Assembly: GCF_006345805.1 (NCBI RefSeq)
Contig: NC_043000.1
Location: 83,886,001-83,950,000 of the forward strand
Direction: 5' to 3'
DNA: 64,000 nucleotides
From: Octopus sinensis
Taxonomy: Eukaryota
Numbering within the stretch: position 1 is the first letter of the stretch; every line of letters starts with the position of its first letter. A program made the position numbers and the translations under genes. Shown here piece by piece: positions 1-11,889 of the stretch. The notes under the pieces were generated by a model. That model was not told the origin of the DNA, did not search any database, and saw nothing but the letters and a program-made list of their open reading frames with translations.

Positions 1-139
1 AGTTCAAATTCTGCTGAGGTCCACTTTGCTTTTAATTGTTTCGGAGTTGATAAAATCAATCAGGTGCTGGGGTTGGTCTATTCGACTTAACCCCTCCCCA
101 AAATTGCTGGGGAATTGTGCCAAACTTTGAAACCAATAA
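1..139 (+). mobile_element. SINE, 3' part (family recurring at 551-770, 11732-12121, 13692-13905)
   Basis: agttcaaattctgctgaggtccactttgc...aaattgctgg...tgccaaactttgaaaccaata matches the body/tail of the other copies in this window. Confidence 0.65.
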
Positions 140-550
140 TTATAGCAATTGTTTTGGTGTTGTCTAAAATTGCACTCTGAAGTTGGAAACTGTCTTCAGA
201 GTTTTAGATAATATATATGGAATTATACTTGCAACAAACAAATAAAAGGAAAAAAATCACTTTAATACTAAGCCAAAATCTCTCACTTGCTATTAAAATT
301 AACACAAGACTATTATTCTTTTCATGTCACAGTAACTCTCTTGGTTAATGTTAATGTAGGGACACCTGTAAATAGTGACACTACTATATATCATCATTAT
401 TTTAACATCTGCCTTTCTCCATGCTTGTAGGGATTGGATGGAGTTTACTGAGGCAAAATTTCTATAGCTGGATGCCCTTCCTGTTGCTAAACCTTACCTG
501 CTTCTAAGCTAGGTAATATTTTCCCCATAGCCAAACATGTTTGCACAAAA

Positions 551-770
551 TATTGACTTCAAATTTTGGCACAAGGCCAGCAACATCAGGCAAGGGGGTA
601 AGTTGATTACATCAACCCTGCCAGTGCTAAACTTGTACTTATTTTACTGACCTTGAAAGGATGAAAAGCAAAGTCGACCCTGGTAGCGTTTGAACTCACA
701 ACATAAAGACAGACGAAATGCTGCTAAACATTTTGGCCGGTGTGGTAACAATTCTGCCAGCTTACCACCA
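551..770 (-). mobile_element. tRNA-derived SINE
   Basis: Reverse complement of head (agctggcagaat...gagttcaaa, B-box-like), body (gtcgactttgcttttcatcctt) and tail (ctggccttgtgccaaaatttgaa) shared with 11890-12121 and 13692-13905. Confidence 0.75.
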
Positions 771-878
771 TGTTTTCACACAATATTGACAATTAATGAC
801 ATTCATTTCCAACATTATGTGATGTCAAGACAAGGAGATACAAACTTGTATATACATATATGTGATGGGCTTCTTTTA

Positions 879-3800
879 AATAATAATAATAATAATTGTG
901 TACAGTGCTCAGGTGCACTACAACTCATCTAAAGTGTATATATAATCAGGTGTAGTTTCGGCGGATTTCGGAAAGCATGAGGGCCTTAAAAGATGCAGTG
1001 TCATGGCAGTCAACAACTGACGCAGGCAGTTTATTCCATGCTTCAGCAACTCTGAGTGTGAAAAAATGTTTCCGAAAGTCATGGGAGCTGTATTGTTTTC
1101 TGACTTTGTAGGCATGTCCACGTGTGTTAGACACATGGAGATCAAAAAGGTGTTCAGTGTTGTTGTTGGTGAGGTGGTTGATAACTTTGTGGGTGTTTAC
1201 CAAGTCCGTCGCCAAACGCCGGAGCTTCAGTGAATCCATGCCCAGGGAAACAAGGCGCTCAGAATATGGTAGGTGTCTGATGGAGGGTATGCGTTTGGTT
1301 GCACGTCTCTGGACAGATTCCAGGAGGTCAATGTTCTGTGCAAGATAGGGGTTCCAAACTGATGATGCGAATTCCAAGTGTGGTCGTACCATAGCTGTAT
1401 ACAGTTTTAAATAGATGGCTGGAGAGCGGCTAACAAAAGACCTGCTGAGTGATGCCAAGACACCCTCGGCCTTCCTGACAATCTTAGAGATATGCTTTGA
1501 CCAACGCAAATCACTGCTGACAGTGATGCCTAGGTCACGCTCGCAAGAGGATTTCTTGATATCAGTGTTGTGGAGGGAGTATGTGAACGCAGGGTTTTTT
1601 CCCCCAAAATGCATGGTGGTACACTTGTCCACAGCCAGTTTCAGTTGCCAGTCTGTGATCCATTGCTGCATTGTGTCTAGGTCTGATTGCAGGAAAGAGT
1701 TGTAGACATCAGGATCTGTCCTCTTGATTTCAAGGTACAGCTTGATGTCGTCTGCATATTTCAATACTGTGGCATTCTTTAAATTGGCATCTATGTCGTT
1801 AATGTATGCCACAAACAAGAGGGGACCAAGGACAGATCCCTGTGGTACACCCGATGACATCTCATATGGTGTAGAGTGCTGTCCTAGAACTGTGACTACC
1901 TCCTTTCGGCTGAGGATGAAGGATTTCAACCAGTTAAAAAGGTCATCCCCCACACCCATTGCAGAGAGTTTCACCATAAGCCTTTTGTGTGGCACAGAGT
2001 TGAAAGCCTTAGCAAAGTCAAGGTAGACAACATCCACCCATGAGCCACTGTCAGTAATCTGAGTAATGTCCTCAAGGAACTCGACAAGCTGGTCACTGCA
2101 GCTGGAGTTAGGGACAAATCCATATCGTGAGGGTCGGATGAGACTGTGAGAGCTCCAGAAGTTCCAGAGTGTTTCTCTGACACACGATTCCATCAGTTTT
2201 GCAATACAGCTAGTGAGACTGACTGGGCGATAGTTGACAGGTGATGTGCGGTCGCCCTTTTTGAACAGAGGAATGACACTGGCAGTTTTCCACTGCTCCG
2301 GAGTAGCACCATTGTTGAGACAGTACTGGAAAAAAATAGAAAGCTGGTGTAAAAGGAAGTGCCTGCCACGTTTGAGAAGCAGGTATGTAACTCCATCGAG
2401 ACCAGGGGAGGCATAGTTGCGCTTATTTTGAAGGTGACGTCGCAGCATTGCAGGTGTAAATTCCATAGTTGTTATGGAGTTTGCTGTTAGTGATGGTGAA
2501 GATGGTACATTTTGACTTTCAACAGTGAATATGTTTGCATAGCACTCGGCAATGAGTTCTGCGCATTCCTTGGGGTCGTCAGTGATCTGGTTTGTGTGAG
2601 GGTTGCGAAGAGGGCCCACTGGAGAGTGAGGTCTCTGCTTTGAGTGCACATATTTCCAGAAAACCTTGCTGTCAGGATTGGCTGCTATGCACTGTTCAAA
2701 TTCAAGCACTGCTTTTTTTGTCACTTGCTTGAGATGGTTGGAGGATTTATTCCGCTTCTTCCTGTTGGTGTCTGATTTATGCAACCTGTATTCCCGTTCA
2801 GCAGTCCGACGTTCCCTCCTGGCAAGTCGGACCGCTGAAGTTTCCCAAATTGCCCTTTTGGGGCGGTTCTTCTTTTTTTGTTTACGTGGCACTGATGCTG
2901 CACATGCTGCCCATATTGAGTCCAGGATACTCTGGAGTATAGTATTCACATCTCCAGAGTTGTAGAATTCACGCCAGTTTGGGTGCTGTAGTTCAGTGTG
3001 GTACAGGTTCCAATCTGCTCTCTTCCAATCGAAGGAAGCAGATTGGAGATGGTTCAGGTTTTTGTTGCCCGCAAGAGCCAGATTGGCGATGATCATAGCA
3101 TGATCAGAGTCACCTAGAGGTTCCTCCGTAGTGCAATTGATAACCGCTTCAGGAGTTGTGGTGAAGAGCAGGTCCAAGGTGTTGTCGCCTCTTGTTGGAG
3201 AGGTGACTACTTGTGACCAGTTTGAGTCCAGCACAAGCTCAACAAAATCGTTTGCACTCTGTGGCCAATGGAAGGTCTCCCAATCGATCTCAGGATGATT
3301 GAAATCGCCTGCAATAAACACATAAGTGGCTGTTTTCCTGGCAGCAGCTCGGAGGACATTGCAAAGCTGTGTGTCCCGATGGTAACTTGGGGGACGATAA
3401 ACAACGCCAAGCAGGAGTGTTGACATGGTCATACGCACGTCACAGAAAAAAACTTCTTGTGATTCGTTCAAATCGGCACAAGGAATTACCAAAAAATTTG
3501 AACGAACGTAGACCATCACACCACCACCACGGCGGTTAGTGCGGTCCTTACGGAAGAGGTTGTACCCCGTAATGTTGAAAACCCCATCACAGAGTAAGGA
3601 ATGCGCCCATGTTTCCGTGACAGTGATGAAGTCAGGGTCAACACTTCTGACGTAGGCGTTGAACAAATGTATTTTGTTGCATAAACTGCGAGCATTTAAG
3701 GACAACAATTTGTACCCTGCTCGCAGTTTATGATGGTGTGTAGAGGATGGCAGGTTGTTCTGGCTTAGTTTCCCTGAGTTGCTGTAGTCTTTTTAGTTAT

Positions 3801-3930
3801 TGTGGGTAGAGAGCACTCAGACCAGCTGGTATCTCTCTTCCACGTTTCAGCAGTCTTGACAAATCTCCAGATTTGTCCATCTTCCTGAAGACTGAAGCTT
3901 TCCTGTAGAGCTGAGTTCCTATTCAGGGAA
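879..3930 (-). mobile_element. CR1/L2-group LINE, 5'-truncated: ORF1 C-terminal remnant, ORF2, short 3' UTR and (ATT)n tail
   Basis: ORF2 motifs (next feature). After the stop come ~50 nt of 3' UTR and a tattattattattatt tail at 879-897. A second frame LNRNSALQESFSLQEDGQIWRFVKTAETWKRDTSW...GN* ends at 3765 and overlaps the opening of the ORF2 frame. A SINE abuts at ~3931. Confidence 0.85.
946..3708 (-). CDS. LINE ORF2: APE endonuclease + reverse transcriptase (CR1-like), uninterrupted 920 aa
   Basis: APE: VTETW, GGGVMVY, VYRPP, AGDFNHP, TLDLLF, SDH. RT: SPGLDG, NYRPVSLTS, YLDFAKAF, GVPQGSVLGPLLF, YADD, ERDLG. CR1-type C-terminus RKHFFTLRVAEAWNKLP. Confidence 0.93.
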   Translation of the reverse strand: MLSLNARSLCNKIHLFNAYVRSVDPDFITVTETWAHSLLCDGVFNITGYNLFRKDRTNRRGGGVMVYVRSNFLVIPCADLNESQEVFFCDVRMTMSTLLLGVVYRPPSYHRDTQLCNVLRAAARKTATYVFIAGDFNHPEIDWETFHWPQSANDFVELVLDSNWSQVVTSPTRGDNTLDLLFTTTPEAVINCTTEEPLGDSDHAMIIANLALAGNKNLNHLQSASFDWKRADWNLYHTELQHPNWREFYNSGDVNTILQSILDSIWAACAASVPRKQKKKNRPKRAIWETSAVRLARRERRTAEREYRLHKSDTNRKKRNKSSNHLKQVTKKAVLEFEQCIAANPDSKVFWKYVHSKQRPHSPVGPLRNPHTNQITDDPKECAELIAECYANIFTVESQNVPSSPSLTANSITTMEFTPAMLRRHLQNKRNYASPGLDGVTYLLLKRGRHFLLHQLSIFFQYCLNNGATPEQWKTASVIPLFKKGDRTSPVNYRPVSLTSCIAKLMESCVRETLWNFWSSHSLIRPSRYGFVPNSSCSDQLVEFLEDITQITDSGSWVDVVYLDFAKAFNSVPHKRLMVKLSAMGVGDDLFNWLKSFILSRKEVVTVLGQHSTPYEMSSGVPQGSVLGPLLFVAYINDIDANLKNATVLKYADDIKLYLEIKRTDPDVYNSFLQSDLDTMQQWITDWQLKLAVDKCTTMHFGGKNPAFTYSLHNTDIKKSSCERDLGITVSSDLRWSKHISKIVRKAEGVLASLSRSFVSRSPAIYLKLYTAMVRPHLEFASSVWNPYLAQNIDLLESVQRRATKRIPSIRHLPYSERLVSLGMDSLKLRRLATDLVNTHKVINHLTNNNTEHLFDLHVSNTRGHAYKVRKQYSSHDFRKHFFTLRVAEAWNKLPASVVDCHDTASFKALMLSEIRRNYT

Positions 3931-4100
3931 GCCACTACACGTAGCTTAGTTTCTGTCTACCAAATACATTCACAAAGCTTTGGTTAGTTCAGAGCTATAG
4001 TGGAAGATACTTGCTCAAGGTGCTGTGCAGTGGAACTGAACCTGAAATCAGGAGGTTGGGAAGCAAAATTCTTAACAACACAACCATGCCTGCACCAGTA
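3931..4100 (-). mobile_element. SINE 5' half (family of 8975-9345 and 47012-47378)
   Basis: agtttctgtctaccaaatacattcacaaagc...gaagatacttgctcaaggtgctgtgcagtggaactgaacc matches the other copies. Confidence 0.7.
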
Positions 4101-4759
4101 GAATTGACAGTTATCTCATTACTTCATAGTTCTCCTTTGAGCCTGGAATGGGCAACAGAGAAACACTAACATTATACCCAGAGATACACTCTGCATTCAA
4201 GCCAAATAATAAAGTTGGTGTTAACATACTGTAGTGGTATTTTATATTTTGTCTCACCACATTCTAATTTTAATTGATTTCCATAAATTCAAATTTTGAG
4301 GTTATTCCTATGCTTTTCTTATCCATAATTCATCTATAAACTTAAGATCCTTTCTCTTCATCACCAAAATTGTAATAATTAAGTTTCTTGTATCATTATA
4401 TTCAGTATGCTAGTTGTAACCTTATAATTTAGTTTTCTTATAGAGAGTGCCCCTGGGTATTCCCACCCACTCAATTTTTCTTTTAACCCTTTAGCATTTA
4501 AACTGGCCTCAGTAGGCCCAAACATTCTGCCTGTTTTATGTTCAAACTAACCAGATCCAGCCTCTCACACCTACCCTACAATGTCATTCTAAAGAATAAA
4601 GAATGCATCTGAAATCTCGAACATGATAATACAGGATTAATTCAAAACAATGTGAATAAATAAGCATTACATTTGGCAGATGAATTTTAATGCTAAGGGG
4701 TTAATCTCTTATCTCAAAGCATTTATTAACAATATAAGAAGATCCATCCTCTACAGAGG

Positions 4760-5062
4760 AAGTGTTAAGGCAACATCCCCTGGTGAAGAGGATTGACCTG
4801 CAAGAGTTCTGTGCTGGTGCCATGTAAAAAATGCTTGTGTCAGAGTCACATAAAAGGCACCTGTGTCAGTAGCATGTAAAATCACTTGTGCCAAAGGTAT
4901 GTTAAAAGCACTCAGCACACACTATAAAGTGTTTAGCATTAGGAAGGGCATGCAGCTGTAGAAACCAAGCCAAATCAGACCAGAACCTTGTGTAGCTTCC
5001 CAGCTCTGGGCAAACCATCCAACCCATGCCAGCATGGAAAACAGATGTTAAAAAATAATGAT
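4760..5062 (+). mobile_element. SINE-like repeat with internal gtgcca(c/t)gtaaaa-type subrepeats; related 3' part at ~390-545 (-)
   Basis: Tandem catgtaaaa/cacataaaa subrepeats, then gcattaggaagggcat...catccaacccatgccagcatggaaaacagatgttaaa; an inverted homolog lies at 390-545. Confidence 0.55.
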
Positions 5063-5084
5063 GATAATGGTGTGTGCATGTGTG

Positions 5085-5155
5085 TATATATATATTACCT
5101 CACAGCCATATATATATATATATTATATATATATATTATATATATATATTATATA

Positions 5156-5186
<31 letters not shown>

Positions 5187-5252
5187 GTGTGTGTGTGTGT
5201 GTGTGTGTGTGTTTGTGTGTGTGTTTGTGTGTGTGTATGTGTTTGTGTGTGT
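5085..5252. repeat. (TA)n/(TG)n compound microsatellite
   Basis: Direct inspection. Confidence 0.95.
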
Positions 5253-7596
5253 GAGGCAAGAAAATTTTTTCTGAATGATGACATGGTTCTGGGTTCAGTC
5301 CCATTACATGATACCTTGTGCAAGTGTCTTCTACTGTAGACCCAGGCCAACCTTGTGAGTAGATTTGGCAGGCAGAAACTGGAAGAACCTTGTCTTATGT
5401 ATATAAGACATGCTTCAATTTTTCTAAAAGTGAATAAAATGAATAAAATAATGATGCATACAAGTGTACTTGTACATGATGAACAAAATGAATAATAGTA
5501 ATAATATTAATGTCAAATATTTGGTGCATGAATTTTGGCCCCTCCCTCTCTCTATATATATGTATGTGTGCGTGTGTACATGTATATGTCTCCTTGTTTT
5601 GACATTACATAATTGTAAATGAATGTCACAGCATTGACATTTTCAATATTCTATGTAAATATGTATGGTCATGGAGCAAATATTACCTTATTTGGAAACA
5701 TGTGAGGGTTGGCTACAGGAAGGGCATCTGGCCATAGAAAATCTGCCTTAAACTCGCTTTGATGCAGATAAGCATGGGAAAGTGGAAGTTAAATGATTTC
5801 ATATATAAATATTTTTTATCTGGCAATACTAATAAGGAAGATACTTTGTTGAGGAGTTGTAATAAGTCTGAAACAGAATTACACTTATTCACGTTAGTCA
5901 AAATCAGAATCACTTCCAATTTCATTGCACAACCTCCGGCTTTAATTTCACGAGTTGTCTGCCTTGCCTTTCTTCACCAGAATTGATCATTAAACTAACG
6001 AGTCGTTGACGTCATCATACTTATAATTAATTAAAATTTGTTGGCCCACTGCATATGTTAGCATCAACTATATCAGCTGTTGAAATGATTGCTGCTGACC
6101 ACAAATGTTAGGGAAAAATATACTGACCAAATATGATGGCAGGGGTTTCGTTGAAGTGAATGTTGCCGACTGCTTATTGACCGTTATTTCTGAGCAGCGT
6201 GGAATTATTGATACAGATCATTCTAATTAATATCCAGCTAGTGCTCTTTCAGAACAGCAGTGAATTCAAACTAAATACTCTTGATATGAATGGAAGCACG
6301 TAGTAAATAAATGGTGTTCTGAAGGTACACTGTAGAGTGTAATTGCAGCGGTAACTATTGTTATAACAGGCAGGAGTAACGAAATGGCTGTTACTGGAAT
6401 AAGTTAAAAGCGGCACGTGTATATTTTGCTTGTTTCATTTAATAACTAATTAGGTTTATAATATAAAACAATATTACAGAACCGCTTAGTTATTAAGGAA
6501 AAAATGTTCCGTGGAAAATCAATTCTGAAAAGAAATATATTAAACACAGCACAGCGAGTACACAACATAGAATTCAATGGAATTTTAGAAAAGAAAAACG
6601 ACTTTGAAGTTTTAAAGAAATAACTTACAAAGAAATTAATTACATTGCTAGGACGTTTCTTGCGAAGATTAATAACGAAGTTACTTAAGAAACAACTTCG
6701 TTCCAAAAATTTGATTTTTTCCCTCTAAAATTGGTATATATTATTTTGATAAATTTGTGATTATAAGTTGGTTTCGAAGTTTAAAATAGAAAGGTATTTT
6801 TTTTTCACCGATAGCAACAGTTGCTTGTCTCACACATCAACAATCAATAGAACCACCATATTGTTTACGTTTGCTGCTGCTTAGTAACTTATTGCTGTTT
6901 GTACGAAACTTTCATTTTTAAAGTTTATTAATAATTCTATTTATTAAAAATAAAATCTAACCGTTTCTTTTTAAAATATTTAATACACAAGGAAATATTA
7001 ATATTTTCACAAAAGTATAGATTTATCGGAAACTTGAACAAGTTTAATAACAGTTACTTCCCTTGAAATTGGCCATTATTTGCGAAAGTTAAAAAAAAAC
7101 AACCTTATAGTGTATAATTACACATTAGTGCCCCTCTGGTTGTTATTTCTCCATAACTTTCTGGAAAATGTATATTTTTGAAGGGAACTTTGCAGAGATA
7201 CATTTTCAAGAATGTAGATTACAATTATCCTGATAAAATTTAGAAAAAAGACAGTTTTGCTGAAGTTTCGAATCCTTCTCCTCACCTTGGCTTGTTACCA
7301 ATTTCAGTAACTTTATCAGTTTTCGCTATTTTATTTTGACATATTTATATATTTTAAGCTTCAACAGCACGCAATCTACATTATACAGTTGCTCCCATTA
7401 AAAAAAAATTAAACTTTGTGTGTGTATGTGTTTCTAAACTAATGTATTATTACAAACATATCTGCATCGATTTGCATGGTTAATCTACCGTGTAAATAAA
7501 GGAACAATAGCGCGCACACACACGATGGAACCTTCTGTCGAAAACGACGTTATCAGTAAGAAAACAAAGAAAACAAGCCAAAAATAAAAATCCAAT

Positions 7597-7850
7597 GGTA
7601 CTACTTAAGAAGAGTGGTCCCTGTGCGCGCACTCGCGTACTCACGCATCCACGCTAGATAGTCGTGACTAGTCGATCCTACAACGACTACCTGGCAAAGT
7701 AAATAAAACACAAAATAAATCATTTTTTTACACAAAGTAAATAATTTTTTTAAACAAAGTAAATAAAACACAAAGTAAAGATCGACTAGCTAGAGCAGAT
7801 GCGCGAGTACGCGAGTGCGCGCACCGGGACCACTCGTCTTAAGTAGTACC
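7597..7850. mobile_element. 254-bp MITE with 53-bp TIRs starting GG and 8-bp TSD (Merlin-like by end structure)
   Basis: Left TIR ggtactacttaagaagagtggtccctgtgcgcgcactcgcgtactcacgcatc vs right TIR reverse complement: 3 mismatches in 53. Flanks aatccaat (7589-7596) and aatccaac (7851-7858). Internal caaagtaaata repeats at 7695-7779. Confidence 0.85.
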
Positions 7851-7880
7851 AATCCAACTATAGCAGCTGAAACACACACA

Positions 7881-7924
<44 letters not shown>

Positions 7925-8899
7925 CTTTCGTATCACGGCCGTCACAATTTACAGAATTTGGCACTTATGGAAAATGTAAAGTTATGATCACCAATTTCGG
8001 TATATAGTTAGAACATCGCCCGCTCGGAAACTTGAATGAATTTTAATAATAAAAAAATTTCAACTTTCTTCTCAGCCAAAAGGCTGGTACATGTGTGTGG
8101 GCATCACTGTAAAAACTTTATCAAGTGTGGGGTAGAATTTTTCACCACGAAATATGTGTTTGTGTTTGTGTATATTTTCTTCAGCTACAATGAGTATCCA
8201 TCTAATTTATCTCTCAGCCTTCAATTTCGCCTTTAAATCTCATCGTCACTGACTCAACAACCATTAACACCAAAATCAACACTATCACAGCCATCACCAA
8301 CACATCAGCTCTTCAATAACCAACGATAATAACATTCGTATGAAGAAGATGAGCTACTTCTATAATAAAAGACAGTGACATGAGATACTGTGCCACGTTA
8401 ATACATATAAAAAGTTGAATGAAACTTTTTATTTTTTCAATTTCAGGTCATTGAAGATTGACTTGGGATTAAACAGCGACAACACTGCAATCAAGAACAT
8501 GACCACCACCACCACTACCAATATACCCAACACCAAACACTAATACAATCAACAGTACTGCTAACTCACAAACCTTTGAATAACCAGTTTGCAACAACAG
8601 TAATAGTATCAACATGATAACAGTGAATGTAGTTACATATGTCCTATGTCAACACCACAGAGACCATGCGCGTATGAAAGAGAGGAGAGAGAGGGAGAAA
8701 GAAGAATCTGGAGATTTTATGTCTCAAGTCAAAGGTGCAAGTGGCGAAGTGGCCATGGACCTTCTAACCCTTCAACTAACTGTAATCATATTGTACTTTC
8801 GCTTACTTCACGCCTTCACTCCTTCATCTCATTTCCTTTCTTATGTTCGTAGGAAAAGACAATTTTTTTATCTAATAAAGCATTTCTTTCTTGGAGCTA

Positions 8900-8940
<41 letters not shown>

Positions 8941-8974
8941 TATTATTATTATTATTATTATTATTTTACTACAG

Positions 8975-9345
8975 ACGTGGCTGTGTCGTGAGAAGTTTGC
9001 TTCCCACCACATGTTTCTGGTTCAGTCCCACTGCGTGACACCTTAGGGAAACGTTTTCTCCTACAGCCCCGGGCTTTCCAAAGCTTCGTGAATGGATTTG
9101 GCAAACGGAAACTGAAAGTCGTCGCACGTACGTGTGTATGTGTGTGTGTGTGTGTGTTCACCACCACGGCTTGATAACTGGTGTTGGTGTGTTAACGTCC
9201 CCATAACTTAGCGGTTCTGCACAGAGAGACTGATAGAAAGTGTAACAGACTTTAAAATGAAAAGTACTGGAGTCAATTTGTTCAACCAAACCCCTCAAGG
9301 TGATGCCCCAGCATGACCGCAATCTGATGACTGAAACTAGTAAAA
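8975..9345 (+). mobile_element. Bipartite SINE with internal (TG)n tract
   Basis: Head cgtggctgtgtcgtgagaag...ggttcagtcccactgcgtg, body gacggaaactgaaag, (TG)n, tail gtgttaacgtccccataacttagcggttc...atgactgaaactagtaaaag. Confidence 0.8.
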
Positions 9346-9439
9346 GATATTTGTTGCTAATCACCACATCTTTCAGATTTACTTACAATTCAAGACATTT
9401 TGAAAGAAAACATCAAGTGGAACTGAAGGTATTAGTGTG

Positions 9440-11270
9440 CAAAGGGACCACCATGGAGATTAAATTTGAGGCTTTAAAAAGACTTCATGGGGAGAAGAAA
9501 AGTCAACCAAATTGCCAAAACATTCAAGCTTGCAACATCTACAGTGGAATCAATAAGGGACAATAGAAGAAAAATTAAGTGATCAAGAAGTTAATCCATT
9601 AAATGCGTGGATCTTACTTTTCCTAGAGCTAATGTGATGCTTAAAATGGAACGGCTCTTGAGTGTATAAACCAAGAATAAAACTTGATGTAATGTATCTA
9701 CGTATTTAATGTATCACGGCGGTATTTCAAATGAAATCCACAAATCTGTGATCATTTGTAGAAAAAGGAAGGTGAAAATACTTATGGATTACCTTTTCTA
9801 GCTAGTAAAGGCTGGTTCAAAAGGTTTAAGAAACACCTGAATTTGCACAGTGACTTATGAAACTACCAGTGCTGACGGGAGCAACTATTAATTATCCGCT
9901 GGAGCTGAAGAAAAGGATTGCCGAAGGGGGTTACTTAAGAGAGTAAGTGCTCATGAAACTGTACTTTTCTGGAAGATTATGTCTGCTATTACTTTGATTT
10001 CTCGCGGAGAAAAATTAACACCAGGATTTAAGGCTTCCAAAAATCGTCTGACGAGGAGAAAATGCCACTGATGGTATGAAATAAAAACCCTACACACTTG
10101 TACCGCTTAATCCAAGGGCTTTGAAAGGGTTACTGAAAATTTGGTGTTCTACTGAGAAAGTATGAATGACTAAAAGCCTTTCCGAACAGTGGTTTAAAAT
10201 ATTTTCGTGTTGCTATAGAAAGGTAGAGCGACAGACTTAATATTTCCAACACAGCATTACTCATTTCTGACAATGCACCAACCCGCCCAGAGAACCTAAA
10301 TGAGCTTTCTGATAACATGAAGGTAGAATATAACTCCATGAATACAACTTCTTTGCTTCAATCAGTGGATCAAGATATGATGGCTTACTTCAAGGTTTAT
10401 TATCTGAGAACTTTTAAACAACTTATGAAAGCAATTGATAAGGCTGTTAAACCTACGGCTAGATTAAAAGACTTCTGGAAGAGTTCAACATAATGAATTC
10501 TGTGGTGAGTCATGTGATGAAGTGAAACTCTCAACTTAAATGTGGCTTGGAAAATATATATGACCAGATTATCCATGCAGAAAGTCTACATCATATTCAG
10601 AAAGATATCGTGATACTTATAAACGATGTAGTGTTTGAAGAAGTCATAGACTGAAGTTGAGTGGCTAGTGACCTAGGAAGCTTCTCAAATGAGAAGCTGT
10701 TAGAACAAGAGCAAGCCGAGAAGGCAAATAAGAATACGGAAATTCCACCAACTCCACTTAAACTGACTGCAAGAATATTGCTTAAGGGTTGGCATTTACT
10801 GAGGAGAATCAGCAAGTTTTATTGGTAACAACCCTAATCGTGTACGTGATATAAAAATTACAAGAACTAACAATGAGCTCAGTTTTTACACTGAGTTGTA
10901 GAAAGATCTGATATCCGTAGACATCAATTTTTTTCATCGTTGAAGCAGATATTAACGATAAACTTAAGATGGTGTCTTTCATCCTCACAGTAGCTTTCAT
11001 TCCACTATCACCCTTACACAGTAGCCAACAGCTTTTGTAGTTAGAACATACCCTGTTACAATATTAGGAGTTTTATTCCCTAATGTATTTTTCTACAAAA
11101 GTTTTTTTTTACGTATTGTATTGTTTATTTTTAGGAATTTATTTTCATACATAAAAGTGATCAGGTAGCTTTTTTTTCAAATAATCCATCGAAACGCATC
11201 TCATTTTACATAATGAAAAGCAATAGTAAAATTGATTTCGCGTGACAGGATTTCGTGTTACAGTTAAACT
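9440..11270 (+). pseudogene. Decayed Tigger/pogo (CENP-B HTH + DDE_1) transposase
   Basis: Fragments across frames: MEIKFEALKRLH-GEKK (HTH), FLASKGWFKRFKKHLNLH (9795-9848), HETVLFWKIM, PGFKASKNRLT, LISDNAPTRP, MNTTSLLQSVDQDMMAYFKVYYLR. Many stops and frameshifts; TIRs not resolved. Confidence 0.8.
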
Positions 11271-11731
11271 TTCAATAATGCATTGTGTGTGTAACACAGT
11301 TTCTGTCGATAAAATATCCCCTCAGAAGGTATTGGTTAACACGCAGCTATGATGTATAAAAAAAGAAACATATGCTCAAGGCGCAGTGCAGTGGGAATGA
11401 ACTTGAAACCAGGTTGCTATGCGAACATTTTAATCACAAAGCCATGAAACACAACAATGTTTAGTCGGTTGTTATGGACAAGAATCGCTATACTGTAGTG
11501 TCTTGCAGCAATAAGATTTTGAAACGGTTCTGTTTCAGTTTTAAATGTTTTACTCCGGGAAGTCAGTGGAAGAACCACTCCAAAGAGGGAGAATGGTTTG
11601 AAAAGCAAAGGCAACAGATAAGCATTTCCCAGTCTACTTATAAGAGCGAACTGTTCGAGAGAGAGATCTGTCGATAAGCAGATGCAGCACACCGCAGACT
11701 TTTTAGAAGTTTGATTGTGCAAACAAGCAAT

Positions 11732-11889
11732 ATTGATTTCAAAATTTGGCAGAAGGCCAGCAATTTAGGGGTGGACAAGTCAATTATTACATCGACTCCA
11801 ATACTCAAGTGGTACTTATTTTATCGACCTCGAAAGGATAAAAGGCAAAGTCGATCTCAGCGGAAGAACGTGAAGACGGACAAAATACC
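11732..11889 (-). mobile_element. SINE lacking its 5' head (tail type 1)
   Basis: Tail tattgatttcaaaatttggcagaaggccagc and body match 551-770; sequence breaks at ...gacggacaaaatacc. Confidence 0.7.

Noticed and set aside
1124-3410. Antisense and alternative-frame ORFs over the LINEs (also within 31.5-33.3 kb and 44.1-46.7 kb)
   Set aside because: Shadow ORFs of the retrotransposon coding strand.
3786-3795. T-AAA-AAG as a -1 frameshift site between the CR1 ORF1 remnant and ORF2
   Set aside because: Imperfect slippery heptamer, and the hairpin is ~55 nt downstream rather than the usual 5-9 nt.
7695-7779. Short spaced repeats (caaagtaaata) resembling a CRISPR-like array
   Set aside because: Eukaryotic context, 11-bp units with irregular A/T spacers inside a MITE; no cas genes.
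8440-8991. Acceptor-like tttcag at ~8447 and the 125-aa ORF 8614-8991
   Set aside because: No recognisable domain; the ORF runs into a (TAT)n microsatellite; no consistent exon frame.
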